From a virus, in IMG/VR virus record IMGVR_UViG_3300037264_004862, positions 58,825 to 122,824 of that record: a stretch of DNA of 64,000 nt. The stretch is one strand, 5' to 3'. This document shows, piece after piece, positions 28,699-37,289 of this stretch. Both the position numbers and the translations under genes were made by a program. Under the pieces are notes generated by a model. That model searched no databases and had not been told where the DNA came from. It saw only the letters and a list, made by a program, of their open reading frames with translations. How positions within the stretch are numbered: the stretch's first letter is position 1; each line of letters opens with the position of its first letter.

Positions 28699-29277
28699 AT
28701 GAAGAATCTATTGCGAGGCACTAGGGTCTACTTAGCTGGTGTTGTCGAGGCAGATCCTATTGGCGCTGTGACTTGGCGTCAAGAAATTACAGACAGGCTT
28801 TCCAAATACGATATACAAATTTATAATCCTCTTGTGAAGCCAGATTGGCTTCCAGAGTATTCTAGAGTAGATGTGCAAGTCTATAAGGACGTTCTGGCTG
28901 GTAAACAGCCTAGAATTGAGATGGATTTGCCAACGGTGTTTGAAGCTAATACTGCTATCCGTAGGATTTGTTTAAGAATGATATCGTCCTGTGATTGGGT
29001 CATTTGCCATATGCCTAAGGTCTTCACTGCGGGTACATGGGAAGAGTTGTATCTTGCAGCACAATTAGAGAAGCCAGTTTTATTTCATCTACCGGATGGG
29101 ATACCTCCAACTTGGGCTCTTCCAATCTTTGCTAATGCCGATACGATGAAAGAGACATATTTTAATAATTGGGATGTTTTGTTCGATCACATCGATAAAC
29201 TAGATAATGGAACTGCTCCAATGGATCCATATAAGTGGTTGTCGGTTTGTTATACTCCAGAATGTTTGGTGAAATAA
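28699..29277 (+). CDS. nucleoside 2-deoxyribosyltransferase / dNMP N-glycosidase family protein
   Basis: VYLAG, WRQ, YNP, CDWVI, AGTWEELYLA..LEKPV. Confidence 0.75.
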   Translation: MKNLLRGTRVYLAGVVEADPIGAVTWRQEITDRLSKYDIQIYNPLVKPDWLPEYSRVDVQVYKDVLAGKQPRIEMDLPTVFEANTAIRRICLRMISSCDWVICHMPKVFTAGTWEELYLAAQLEKPVLFHLPDGIPPTWALPIFANADTMKETYFNNWDVLFDHIDKLDNGTAPMDPYKWLSVCYTPECLVK

Positions 29278-30032
29278 TGTTTACAACTAGATTCGAAATT
29301 AATGTAATTCATCCTAAATCTAATCCAATTGAGGCGGTTGATTTTGCTTCCCGGTATGCTTGTCCTGCGATTGTTACAGTCCCAGAGATGGTTGCTCCTT
29401 TTATAGCTGCTAGGTCTATACGTCGGGCTTTGTTTAAAGTAATCGTTGCAGTTGATCTCCCAAACGGGAATAATTTTGCTATGCAAAAATTGCGCGACTT
29501 GGGACCTGATGCTTTAGCTGCTGATGGATTTGATATTGTAGCGTCCCCTAAAAGGAATGCCAAAGAAGCTTTAAACGAAGTTAAATTACTCACTGACTTC
29601 ATTCGTACCATGAATCCTTTGGCTGATATCAGATGGTCGCTCGGAGCTCTCGATAGGTCTGAAGTTGATTATATAGAACATATTAAGAGTGTGTTAAAAG
29701 TGCCTTGTAATTTTCTGCGTACCGATCATCGTACTTATTATCCTAATATTAAAGTCGATGACCATAAACGGATTGTTGAATCAATCAGAAAATTTATTGG
29801 AGTTCCAATTAAAGTTTCTGGTAATGTCGATATTACTACTTATCGTGCTTTTGAGCATGATAAATCAATTAGGTTCGATGTGACGCTTGATCAGGCTCAG
29901 TCTTTAATAAAAGCGCCACACGAAAACAATAATGAGCAAAAAACGCAAGAAAAATTATCAGAGCAAAAAACGTCCCAACAATCGATTGACGGCGAAAAAG
30001 TCGTCGGCACATTGGGTCAAGATGTCGAGTGA
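29277..30032 (+). CDS. DeoC (deoxyribose-phosphate aldolase)-like TIM barrel, Schiff-base Lys replaced
   Basis: AIVTVP, VAVDLPNG, ADGFDIV, NFLRT (cf. DFIKT), PIKVSG, IRF align with DeoC. Confidence 0.65.
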   Translation: MFTTRFEINVIHPKSNPIEAVDFASRYACPAIVTVPEMVAPFIAARSIRRALFKVIVAVDLPNGNNFAMQKLRDLGPDALAADGFDIVASPKRNAKEALNEVKLLTDFIRTMNPLADIRWSLGALDRSEVDYIEHIKSVLKVPCNFLRTDHRTYYPNIKVDDHKRIVESIRKFIGVPIKVSGNVDITTYRAFEHDKSIRFDVTLDQAQSLIKAPHENNNEQKTQEKLSEQKTSQQSIDGEKVVGTLGQDVE

Positions 30033-30396
30033 TTCTATAACTGATGGGTTTGCTTGTCCTTTTTGCCAAGCAAAAAATTCATTTAAGCCTTCATCGTGGG
30101 ATAAAGTGGGTTATGTTCCTATCATATGTGTGAAATGTTCTAATTTGTTTTGGGCTAGAATACCTAAAGTCGATGCTGAATTAACTGTAGTGAATAGGGT
30201 TCCTGTATTTAAAGTCCAAATTCCTGAATTAGAATTAGATACTTGGGTTATTATCGTAAATAAACAACATGTTAAACATTTGGAGCCGGGACGGATTACT
30301 AAATGTGATCATAAGCATTATCGTGTAGAATTTAACGACGGTGTTCAGATTTGGATGCCTCAGCATTGGGTGGAAAGGTTACCATTTGATCCATAA
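30022..30396 (+). CDS. zinc-ribbon plus SH3/KOW-like protein
   Basis: CPFC...CVKC then WVIIV...GRI....YRVEFNDG..IWMP.HWV. Confidence 0.55.
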   Translation: MSSDSITDGFACPFCQAKNSFKPSSWDKVGYVPIICVKCSNLFWARIPKVDAELTVVNRVPVFKVQIPELELDTWVIIVNKQHVKHLEPGRITKCDHKHYRVEFNDGVQIWMPQHWVERLPFDP

Positions 30397-30440
30397 ATAC
30401 ACTGGGTCGATATGTGGATCGGTATTGCCATGGAAATGAA

Positions 30441-31172
30441 ATGATTATAGCAAGCATAGACATTGAGGCGACAGGATTAGAAGAAACCAGTGAAATAGTT
30501 GAGCTTGGGTTAGTGGTTATGGAAACCACTAACCGCATGATTATGGCCATGCATTCTGATTTGTATAAGACTGAAGGGTGGTCTGATGAAGCCGAAGCAA
30601 TTCACCGTATTGATCGAACATCAGCTGATCAAGGTTTAATTACGTCTGACCCTTGGGAGCTAATTGCTCATTATAACCCTGTTGCTATGGTCGCGCATAA
30701 TGCTGAATATGATAAGCGATTAGCTATTCGTAGGTGGCCTAAATTTGGGCAAATTCCATGGATTTGTACACATAGAGATTTGCCCCATGAACGATTTATT
30801 AATAAAGTAAGTTCTAATCGACTCCAACACTTAGCTGTCGATTATGGATTCGATGCTGGTAGAAGGCATCGAGCATTATTCGATGCTTTGCTATGTTGTG
30901 AAATAGCTGCTATGCATGACCTTGAAAGCATATTGAAGACTGTTAATGAACCACGTTTCTCTATAATGGCATGGTTCGAAGGAAGACCTGATTTCAATGA
31001 TAAGGATTTTCAACTTCAGAAGGAGTATCTGAAGAAAGCAGGATTTAAGTGGGATGGAGACAATTGGATTAAGTCTAATGTTGTTGAATCTGTCACACAG
31101 AAGTATATTGCTCTAGCAACAGTGAAACCGCATTGGAAAACGAGAGTCGTTTCAGTCGATAAACAGAACTAA
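30441..31172 (+). CDS. DEDDh 3'-5' exonuclease (DnaQ/epsilon-like)
   Basis: IDIEATG, VAHNAEYD, HRALFDA. Confidence 0.88.
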   Translation: MIIASIDIEATGLEETSEIVELGLVVMETTNRMIMAMHSDLYKTEGWSDEAEAIHRIDRTSADQGLITSDPWELIAHYNPVAMVAHNAEYDKRLAIRRWPKFGQIPWICTHRDLPHERFINKVSSNRLQHLAVDYGFDAGRRHRALFDALLCCEIAAMHDLESILKTVNEPRFSIMAWFEGRPDFNDKDFQLQKEYLKKAGFKWDGDNWIKSNVVESVTQKYIALATVKPHWKTRVVSVDKQN

Positions 31173-31242
31173 ATGAATTAGAATTTGATATTATTAATCA
31201 TAGAATTGATAAATAATTTTGGTTCGGTACCAAGGAGGAATT

Positions 31243-32364
31243 ATGCAAACGGGTAAATTTAATTGTGTCGTTGATTCTGCTTGGGGCAGCTCTGCGAAGG
31301 GCGCGGCTTCAACTCGCCTTGTTGATATTTATAATGTTGGACATATATCGGCAAATAATTATCCAAATGCTGGCCATACGGCAATTGTGAATGGTGAAAA
31401 GTTTATTGCCAAAGTGCTACCAACAGCTTCAATCTTATCTAAAATTAAAAGCCATAAATTGGGTGTATGGATTGGCCCAAACTCTGGGTTTGACCTAAAA
31501 CAATTTAACTTAGAGCTCCAACAAACCATGTATGGCGCTAAAGATATTAATATCCATGAGCGCGCAACGATTGTAGAAGATCGCCATGTTATGATGGAAA
31601 GACCAGGGGGACTTCAATCAACTGAATACATATCATCAACGATGTCTGGATCCGGTGCTGCTTATACTGAGAAGGCTATGAGACGTCCAGATGTGAAACT
31701 AGCACGTGATGTTTTTAATACACTTAAGCCTTTTGAATTTATCAATAGAGTTCGTGAGAAATTAAATAGTGGTGAGACTTTTTGTCATGAGGTTTCACAA
31801 GGGTTTGCATTATCAGTTAATCATGGCACCCATTATCCTTATTGCACGTTTAGAGACTGTACACCCCAACAGGCAGTAGCAGATTTTGGTATAACACCAC
31901 AGTTAGTTGGTGATATATATCTCAATGTGAGGTCATTCCCAATACGAGTAGGCAATAATTATCGTGACGGTGTCCAGACTGGGTATTCTGGTGATTGTAT
32001 GTCCGATCAAATTGAAATGACATGGGAACAAATTGGCAAAGAAGCTGAAATGCCTGGCCACGAAGTTGCTGTCTTGGCTGAAAAAGAGCGCACTACTGTG
32101 ACTAAGAAGATTAGACGCACGTTTACTATGTCTTGGCAATTATTGCTAGAGTCAGCGATATTTTGTGGTGCCACCAAACAGATATTGAATTTCCCACAAT
32201 ATTTACATTGGTCGGCATATAAAGTACGTGGTGGACGTGAACAGCGTTCTAAACTACACCATAAAGTTAGGGCTTTTATCGATAAAATGGAAGAGGTTGC
32301 TCAAATTCCTGTTGTTATGGTTGGTACTGGCCCCAACCATGAAGACTATATATTTCTTGATTGA
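31243..32364 (+). CDS. purZ: PurZ-type N6-succino-2-amino-dAMP synthetase (PurA paralogue)
   Basis: WGSSAKG (Ser for PurA Asp), PNAGHT, STMSGS, QGFALS..YPYCT.RDCTP, PIRVG, TTVTKKIRR, LNF.QY (not TKLD); start after AAGGAGG. Confidence 0.82.
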   Translation: MQTGKFNCVVDSAWGSSAKGAASTRLVDIYNVGHISANNYPNAGHTAIVNGEKFIAKVLPTASILSKIKSHKLGVWIGPNSGFDLKQFNLELQQTMYGAKDINIHERATIVEDRHVMMERPGGLQSTEYISSTMSGSGAAYTEKAMRRPDVKLARDVFNTLKPFEFINRVREKLNSGETFCHEVSQGFALSVNHGTHYPYCTFRDCTPQQAVADFGITPQLVGDIYLNVRSFPIRVGNNYRDGVQTGYSGDCMSDQIEMTWEQIGKEAEMPGHEVAVLAEKERTTVTKKIRRTFTMSWQLLLESAIFCGATKQILNFPQYLHWSAYKVRGGREQRSKLHHKVRAFIDKMEEVAQIPVVMVGTGPNHEDYIFLD

Positions 32365-32368
32365 TTTT

Positions 32369-32773
32369 ATGAAGATGACAGTAGGTACTGGAGTTTATGC
32401 TGATTTCCCAACTATTAATGGAAACATTTATACTAAAGGCCTTATACAAAAGTTCATTAAGAATGACCAGCTTCAGCAATTATTGGCAGATGGCAAAATT
32501 GTAGGCGGAATTATGGATCCGACTTCTTGTAAACCAGTAGGTGACGTCATTACACATCGTGTTCTGAGTGTTGCTCTATACAATGATGAGATTGTAGTTG
32601 AGATTGACGTAATTAATCCAGAACCACTCAAACGCTTGAAATATCCTCAGGCCGCTATAGTTCTATCTAGCCCACAAGCGAGGCGTAATGGCCAAACATA
32701 TACAGAGGAAAGCGATTTCCATCAAGTGAAAGCAGTGCATCTCCGTGAAAGCCCTGTTTTTAAGGGGTCATAA
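32369..32773 (+). CDS. degenerate T4 gp21-like prohead protease paralogue
   Basis: ADFPTINGNIYTK, KIVGGIMDP, ITHRV echo gp21 motifs; catalytic His and the SSRG context are absent. Confidence 0.45.
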   Translation: MKMTVGTGVYADFPTINGNIYTKGLIQKFIKNDQLQQLLADGKIVGGIMDPTSCKPVGDVITHRVLSVALYNDEIVVEIDVINPEPLKRLKYPQAAIVLSSPQARRNGQTYTEESDFHQVKAVHLRESPVFKGS

Positions 32774-32979
32774 TGAATATTAATGAGGCTGTGATTAGAA
32801 TACGAAAGGCTGGTACGTCTAATGTCCGTGTTCTTCCTATGGACGATCAGTCTTTTACGGGGCTGCATAGAATCGAAATTCGGGACCAAGGTGCTTGGGT
32901 TATGGTTGTTGAAGGCCTTGAGAAAAATATGGCTGAAAACTTAGTACAGCAAGCTATCAAAAAGGTTATCTTAGGATAG
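32773..32979 (+). CDS. small hypothetical protein
   Basis: TAATG coupling. Confidence 0.55.
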   Translation: MNINEAVIRIRKAGTSNVRVLPMDDQSFTGLHRIEIRDQGAWVMVVEGLEKNMAENLVQQAIKKVILG

Positions 32980-33126
32980 TATGCCACGTCAAATGTTATC
33001 ATAGTTAACATATTCACATAGTTTAATAATATTACTCCAAGCAAATCTACAATGAGGGTAGAAAAAACTCATGGTGGGTTTCCCTCAGGCAATTTTCACA
33101 ACAGTGCCGCGAGGAGGTGTTTAACA

Positions 33127-33540
33127 ATGGCCAGTCAACCAGCGAATCCTACGATCTTGGTGCAGTACACCGTTCGCTCGTATCGCGATGGAGTGAGACA
33201 CGATGCAGTGCTTGCATTGCTAGGTGGTGTCCTCGGTGGTGGTATGCGAGATCTGAAGATGTCCGTGCCTGGAGACGAGGTACTCATGGATGAGACTCGT
33301 GAAGCTCTAGGTGCAGGAGAATCCGCTATCCTGAATACGTCCCTTACAGTGGGTCGTACGACAGGTCTCCCAGTGGTTCGTCACTTTAAGACCGTGACGA
33401 CTGCGAAGGATGCAGTGGATAATGCAACGTTTGGCACAAATCTCGGAGTGCCGAAGCGTATTGGTAGAGACGTGTTCTTCTATAAGAATGACGCTAATCT
33501 CACCGCTGATCTTCATGCTCAGCTACGTGGCGTCCACTAA
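33127..33540 (+). CDS. hypothetical, probably abundant late/virion protein
   Basis: Strong GAGGAGG SD, upstream CAAATCTA motif, GC-richer codons, downstream hairpin. Confidence 0.65.
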   Translation: MASQPANPTILVQYTVRSYRDGVRHDAVLALLGGVLGGGMRDLKMSVPGDEVLMDETREALGAGESAILNTSLTVGRTTGLPVVRHFKTVTTAKDAVDNATFGTNLGVPKRIGRDVFFYKNDANLTADLHAQLRGVH

Positions 33541-33561
33541 ATGACGTCGGAATAGGAACTA

Positions 33562-33597
33562 AAGACCCCCGGTAGTCGAAAGGTTACCGGGGGTCTT
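33562..33597 (+). terminator. strong stem-loop (terminator or 3' stabiliser)
   Basis: AAGACCCCCGGTAGTC-GAAA-GGTTACCGGGGGTCTT, a 16-bp stem with GNRA loop; weak U-tract. Confidence 0.75.
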
Positions 33598-33672
33598 ATC
33601 ATATCTGTAATCTAATCTTTTAACTTATGGCATTTATGTAATTGGTTTTTATATTGGATATACGTACTTAAA

Positions 33673-34608
33673 ATGGGACTAATTGGAGGAACGATGTCCG
33701 AAACACCAGAAATCATTTCACGCATTGTAGTACCTGAATTAGAAGCGATTCTTGGCCAATCTTTTCCAATTTTGGATAATGGTTTTATTAGAGTTATAGA
33801 CTATATGGGATCTGATGAATCAATAGTTCAAGCAGCTCGAGTTTCATACGGTAAAGGCACAAAGAAAGTCCATGAGGACGAAGGGCTTATTCGATATTTA
33901 ATACGACACCACCATTCAACACCGATAGAGATGTGTGAAATTAAATTTCACATTAGAATACCGATGGACCATTGGCGACAGATGATCAGACATCGAACAG
34001 CTTCTGTTAATGAATATTCAACAAGATACAGTGAAGCAATTGATGATACTCAAAAAACATTGCCTGGCGAGTGGCGTATTCAAGCTATTGGTAATCGTCA
34101 AGGGAGTAACGGTCGGCTTGATAAATTTGTAGGTACTAAGTTATCAAATAGAGAATCTCGAATCCACAAACTTATTCGCAAAGAATATGAGCACCGTCTT
34201 GAGCTAGGTGTTGCTCGCGAGCAGGCTCGCAAAGATTTGCCTCTATCAACTTACACTGAAGCTTACTGGAAAATAGATCTTCATAATCTTTTGCATTTCT
34301 TGGCGCTGAGAATGGATTCTCATGCCCAGCTTGAAATCAGAAGTTATGCAAACGTCATGGGAGAAATAATTAGTAAATGGGTCCCCTATACTTGGCAAGC
34401 ATTCCTAGATTATCGATATAATGCTATGAATTTATCTTCTAGAGATAAGGCTGTAATCAAAGCACTAAATCAAAGTGATTTTAACTATGCTGCCAAGGAG
34501 CTAGCGGAAAATTATGGGTGGCTCAAAGCAGGTAAACCGGCTAAAAACCGCGAACGTGAGGAATTTGAATCCAAGATCTTAGATCTTGGAATGTCTGTAC
34601 CTTGGTAA
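33673..34608 (+). CDS. thyX: flavin-dependent thymidylate synthase
   Basis: AARVSY, HSTPIE, RHRTASVNEYSTRY, EQAR..LP, LRMDSHAQLEIR. Confidence 0.96.
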   Translation: MGLIGGTMSETPEIISRIVVPELEAILGQSFPILDNGFIRVIDYMGSDESIVQAARVSYGKGTKKVHEDEGLIRYLIRHHHSTPIEMCEIKFHIRIPMDHWRQMIRHRTASVNEYSTRYSEAIDDTQKTLPGEWRIQAIGNRQGSNGRLDKFVGTKLSNRESRIHKLIRKEYEHRLELGVAREQARKDLPLSTYTEAYWKIDLHNLLHFLALRMDSHAQLEIRSYANVMGEIISKWVPYTWQAFLDYRYNAMNLSSRDKAVIKALNQSDFNYAAKELAENYGWLKAGKPAKNREREEFESKILDLGMSVPW

Positions 34609-34626
34609 TGGTGGCAAATATATGGT

Positions 34627-35199
34627 ATGTTATACGCAAGTTCTACACGCAAACCAAATCAGATGGGGCCAGTCGCAGACAAACAGATACCTTTTATTGT
34701 GTATGCCAGCTATCCATCATCTGTTGTATCAACTGTCGGCTTTAGGCGTAGATTTGAAGTTTATCGCGACCTTGAAAAAGGTTCAATTATAGTAGAAGAT
34801 GCGTTGTTAGACGCTGGTTTCAATATTGCTACCCCAATTGCTTTTACGCTTCAGGTGGCCCAACAGCCAGCTAGATTCACTATTGTTGGCTTTGCTAGTG
34901 AAGGCGATTTGCTTGGTACGGCCGCCGGAGACCCAGTCGTCGATGAAGGTCTTCAACCTCAAACTTGGTTAATCCACAGTGGTACCATCGATGGTGAAAA
35001 GACTGAAGTTAAGCAACCGGTTCAAGGCAATCAGTCTTGGGGTGATGATCCTACCTCTACAAATCGTAATTATGCTGCGACTTTGAAGTCTGCTCTTGAA
35101 GCATCTGCTCCGGGTCTTAATATCTTCTATATGGAAATCAATGGCGTTAAGTATGGACAGATCCCAAATCGCCATGGATTCCAGAGCTTTACTTCATAA
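34627..35199 (+). CDS. hypothetical (probably virion) protein
   Basis: CAAATATA motif 4 nt before ATG. Confidence 0.55.
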   Translation: MLYASSTRKPNQMGPVADKQIPFIVYASYPSSVVSTVGFRRRFEVYRDLEKGSIIVEDALLDAGFNIATPIAFTLQVAQQPARFTIVGFASEGDLLGTAAGDPVVDEGLQPQTWLIHSGTIDGEKTEVKQPVQGNQSWGDDPTSTNRNYAATLKSALEASAPGLNIFYMEINGVKYGQIPNRHGFQSFTS

Positions 35200-35235
35200 G
35201 TTGGCCTAGAGGGCTCTAAGATTGGCATCCTATTA

Positions 35236-36027
35236 ATGCATAAGTATGGTGTAGTCATAGGGACGTGTGGCTCTGCACCAATAGTCGATCTTAATATCAA
35301 TAATATCAAACATTTATTGGGTAATGTTCCTATATTAATAAATGACGATGCTAGTGGCACAGAGTTTTCTACAATTGCACGAAAACAGAAGTGTTCACTG
35401 CATGTTAATTCTAAACACTATGGCCATGTGATTGGTGATCTGACTGCTTTTGCTAATGGTCTAGAATGGGCAATCGATAATAAAATAAAGATCTTAATTA
35501 AGGTCTCACGTAAGTTGCTTTTTAGGTGCGACATTCGAAAACATATAGAGAAAGTGGCTAAAGTTAATCCCAAATTTGAATGCATCTCGGCTAATTATTA
35601 TAATTTCGGATATATAACTTCATTGTTTGTTATGCATACTGAACGATTTTCCCATAAGCATCTGGGCGCTATAAAGCAATCTATTAAAACTGAGACATAT
35701 CCAATTGAGTATGAATCACATAAAAGAAGGTTAATAGTTGATGGGTTGTACACAAGACATACACAGAAAATGAATCAAGAGCTATATTTTAGACATTGTC
35801 TTAAAGTGAATCCAATATTATTAAACTGGTGGCAGCATAGGTTGTTTGTTTGGGGTGGTTTAAGGCATCTTAGTTTACGTAATGAAACATTTACAAATTT
35901 GCCATACACATTTGAAAATTTAACAATGAAAGGCCAGTTTATGATACATCATAAGTCATTGGAAATATATAAGGCTTTAAGTGTTAAGTATGGGTTATCG
36001 TATTCAAAAAATGAGTTATCACTTTAG
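35236..36027 (+). CDS. glycosyltransferase-like protein
   Basis: ILINDDASG, H.GH..GD..AF..GL pattern resembling GT2 N-terminus. Confidence 0.45.
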   Translation: MHKYGVVIGTCGSAPIVDLNINNIKHLLGNVPILINDDASGTEFSTIARKQKCSLHVNSKHYGHVIGDLTAFANGLEWAIDNKIKILIKVSRKLLFRCDIRKHIEKVAKVNPKFECISANYYNFGYITSLFVMHTERFSHKHLGAIKQSIKTETYPIEYESHKRRLIVDGLYTRHTQKMNQELYFRHCLKVNPILLNWWQHRLFVWGGLRHLSLRNETFTNLPYTFENLTMKGQFMIHHKSLEIYKALSVKYGLSYSKNELSL

Positions 36028-36060
36028 AGTGGTAAGTATAACCTAATACAAACATAATGT

Positions 36061-36852
36061 ATGGCCATTTTAGGTCCGGCTCAACTTCCTGTTATATTGA
36101 AAGTGGATTCAAATCCACTTAAGTTTCATGCAATAAGTCAGCTTGGTCACCCAGTAGTCAATGTTGAACTAATGGAACCTCAAATGGAACAGGTACTTCG
36201 TTCTACAGGTGACTGGATAGCTCAATACTTTCCGCTTGAAGAAAAATATGCTTTTTTTATGACTCAACCGCTTCAAGCCGAATATCCAATTCCACCAGAT
36301 GCTTATTGGATTAGAAAAGTGAGTTGGGATCCAGCTATTACGCGTATCGATAATATATTCGGTGCGGAAAGCTTTTTGTTTAACATTGGAAACATTTCAG
36401 GCATCCAAAACATGCTTGTTGATTACCATTTGTTGCAATCATATAGAAAATTTAGTCAGCGGATCTTGAGTAACGAAGGCCAATGGGAATTTAAAGTTGA
36501 GTCGGGCACAATTCGTCTGTTCCCAGTGCCAAAGGGTTCTTTCCCAGTTGTGGTTGAATATCTACCATCAGTTAATGAGTTCAAATCTGCACAAGCTCGA
36601 GAGGTAACATATCGTGCATTTTTGGCTCAAATGAAAATTGCATTAGGCCATGCGCGTAGAAAATTTGCCAATATTCCTGGACCAGATGGTAGTGCCATCA
36701 ATTTCGATGGTGATGCACTGGTCAATGAAGGTACTGAAGCATATATAAAAGCCCAAGAAGATGCAATATTACTCGGAGAACCTCTTGGAATCCACGTTTG
36801 GAATTGGTTATTACCACTTATTATACCATTTCTTGGTTCATCGATTCTATAA
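36061..36852 (+). CDS. neck/adaptor protein (T4 gp13-like)
   Basis: QLGHPVVNVEL...Q, LGHARRKF..IPGP...INFDG..LV.EG. Confidence 0.75.
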   Translation: MAILGPAQLPVILKVDSNPLKFHAISQLGHPVVNVELMEPQMEQVLRSTGDWIAQYFPLEEKYAFFMTQPLQAEYPIPPDAYWIRKVSWDPAITRIDNIFGAESFLFNIGNISGIQNMLVDYHLLQSYRKFSQRILSNEGQWEFKVESGTIRLFPVPKGSFPVVVEYLPSVNEFKSAQAREVTYRAFLAQMKIALGHARRKFANIPGPDGSAINFDGDALVNEGTEAYIKAQEDAILLGEPLGIHVWNWLLPLIIPFLGSSIL

Positions 36853-36929
36853 AAGTCATTATTGGTGGTAAGAATGCTGTAAGGCTTGAAGACATCTCGC
36901 ATTTGTTATAACTCAAATATATTACGTCA

Positions 36930-37289
36930 ATGATAACTATTGCTAATAAATTGGCAGTAAGAGCCGGTAATATCATATCCATACCTGGATGTGAACCACT
37001 TAGTGGATTTAGCTCCAATACTCTTGCAGCCAATATGAGCTGCAAGTCATCGGTTATTACGCTTGGGGCAGCCCTTGAGGCAATTCCAGGCTCTACAGTT
37101 GAAATGAGTTTTAATCCTAAGATGTTTTATTTCGTACTGCCTGAAGGTCCTCCTACAGTATTCGGTTGCAATACTTGTGATAGTGGTATAGATTGGTATC
37201 AAATTCTTCGTGACGCCTCAATTCCATTACAACCCCAAGAACCAAATGTTCCGGGTCCATGTGATGCATTCCCGATTCCGAGGTGTTAA
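36930..37289 (+). CDS. hypothetical protein
   Basis: ORF in neck module. Confidence 0.5.
   Translation: MITIANKLAVRAGNIISIPGCEPLSGFSSNTLAANMSCKSSVITLGAALEAIPGSTVEMSFNPKMFYFVLPEGPPTVFGCNTCDSGIDWYQILRDASIPLQPQEPNVPGPCDAFPIPRC

Noticed and set aside
31243-32364. Ordinary PurA auxiliary gene
   Set aside because: Lacks the PurA GDEGKG Asp and the TKLD motif; residues match PurZ
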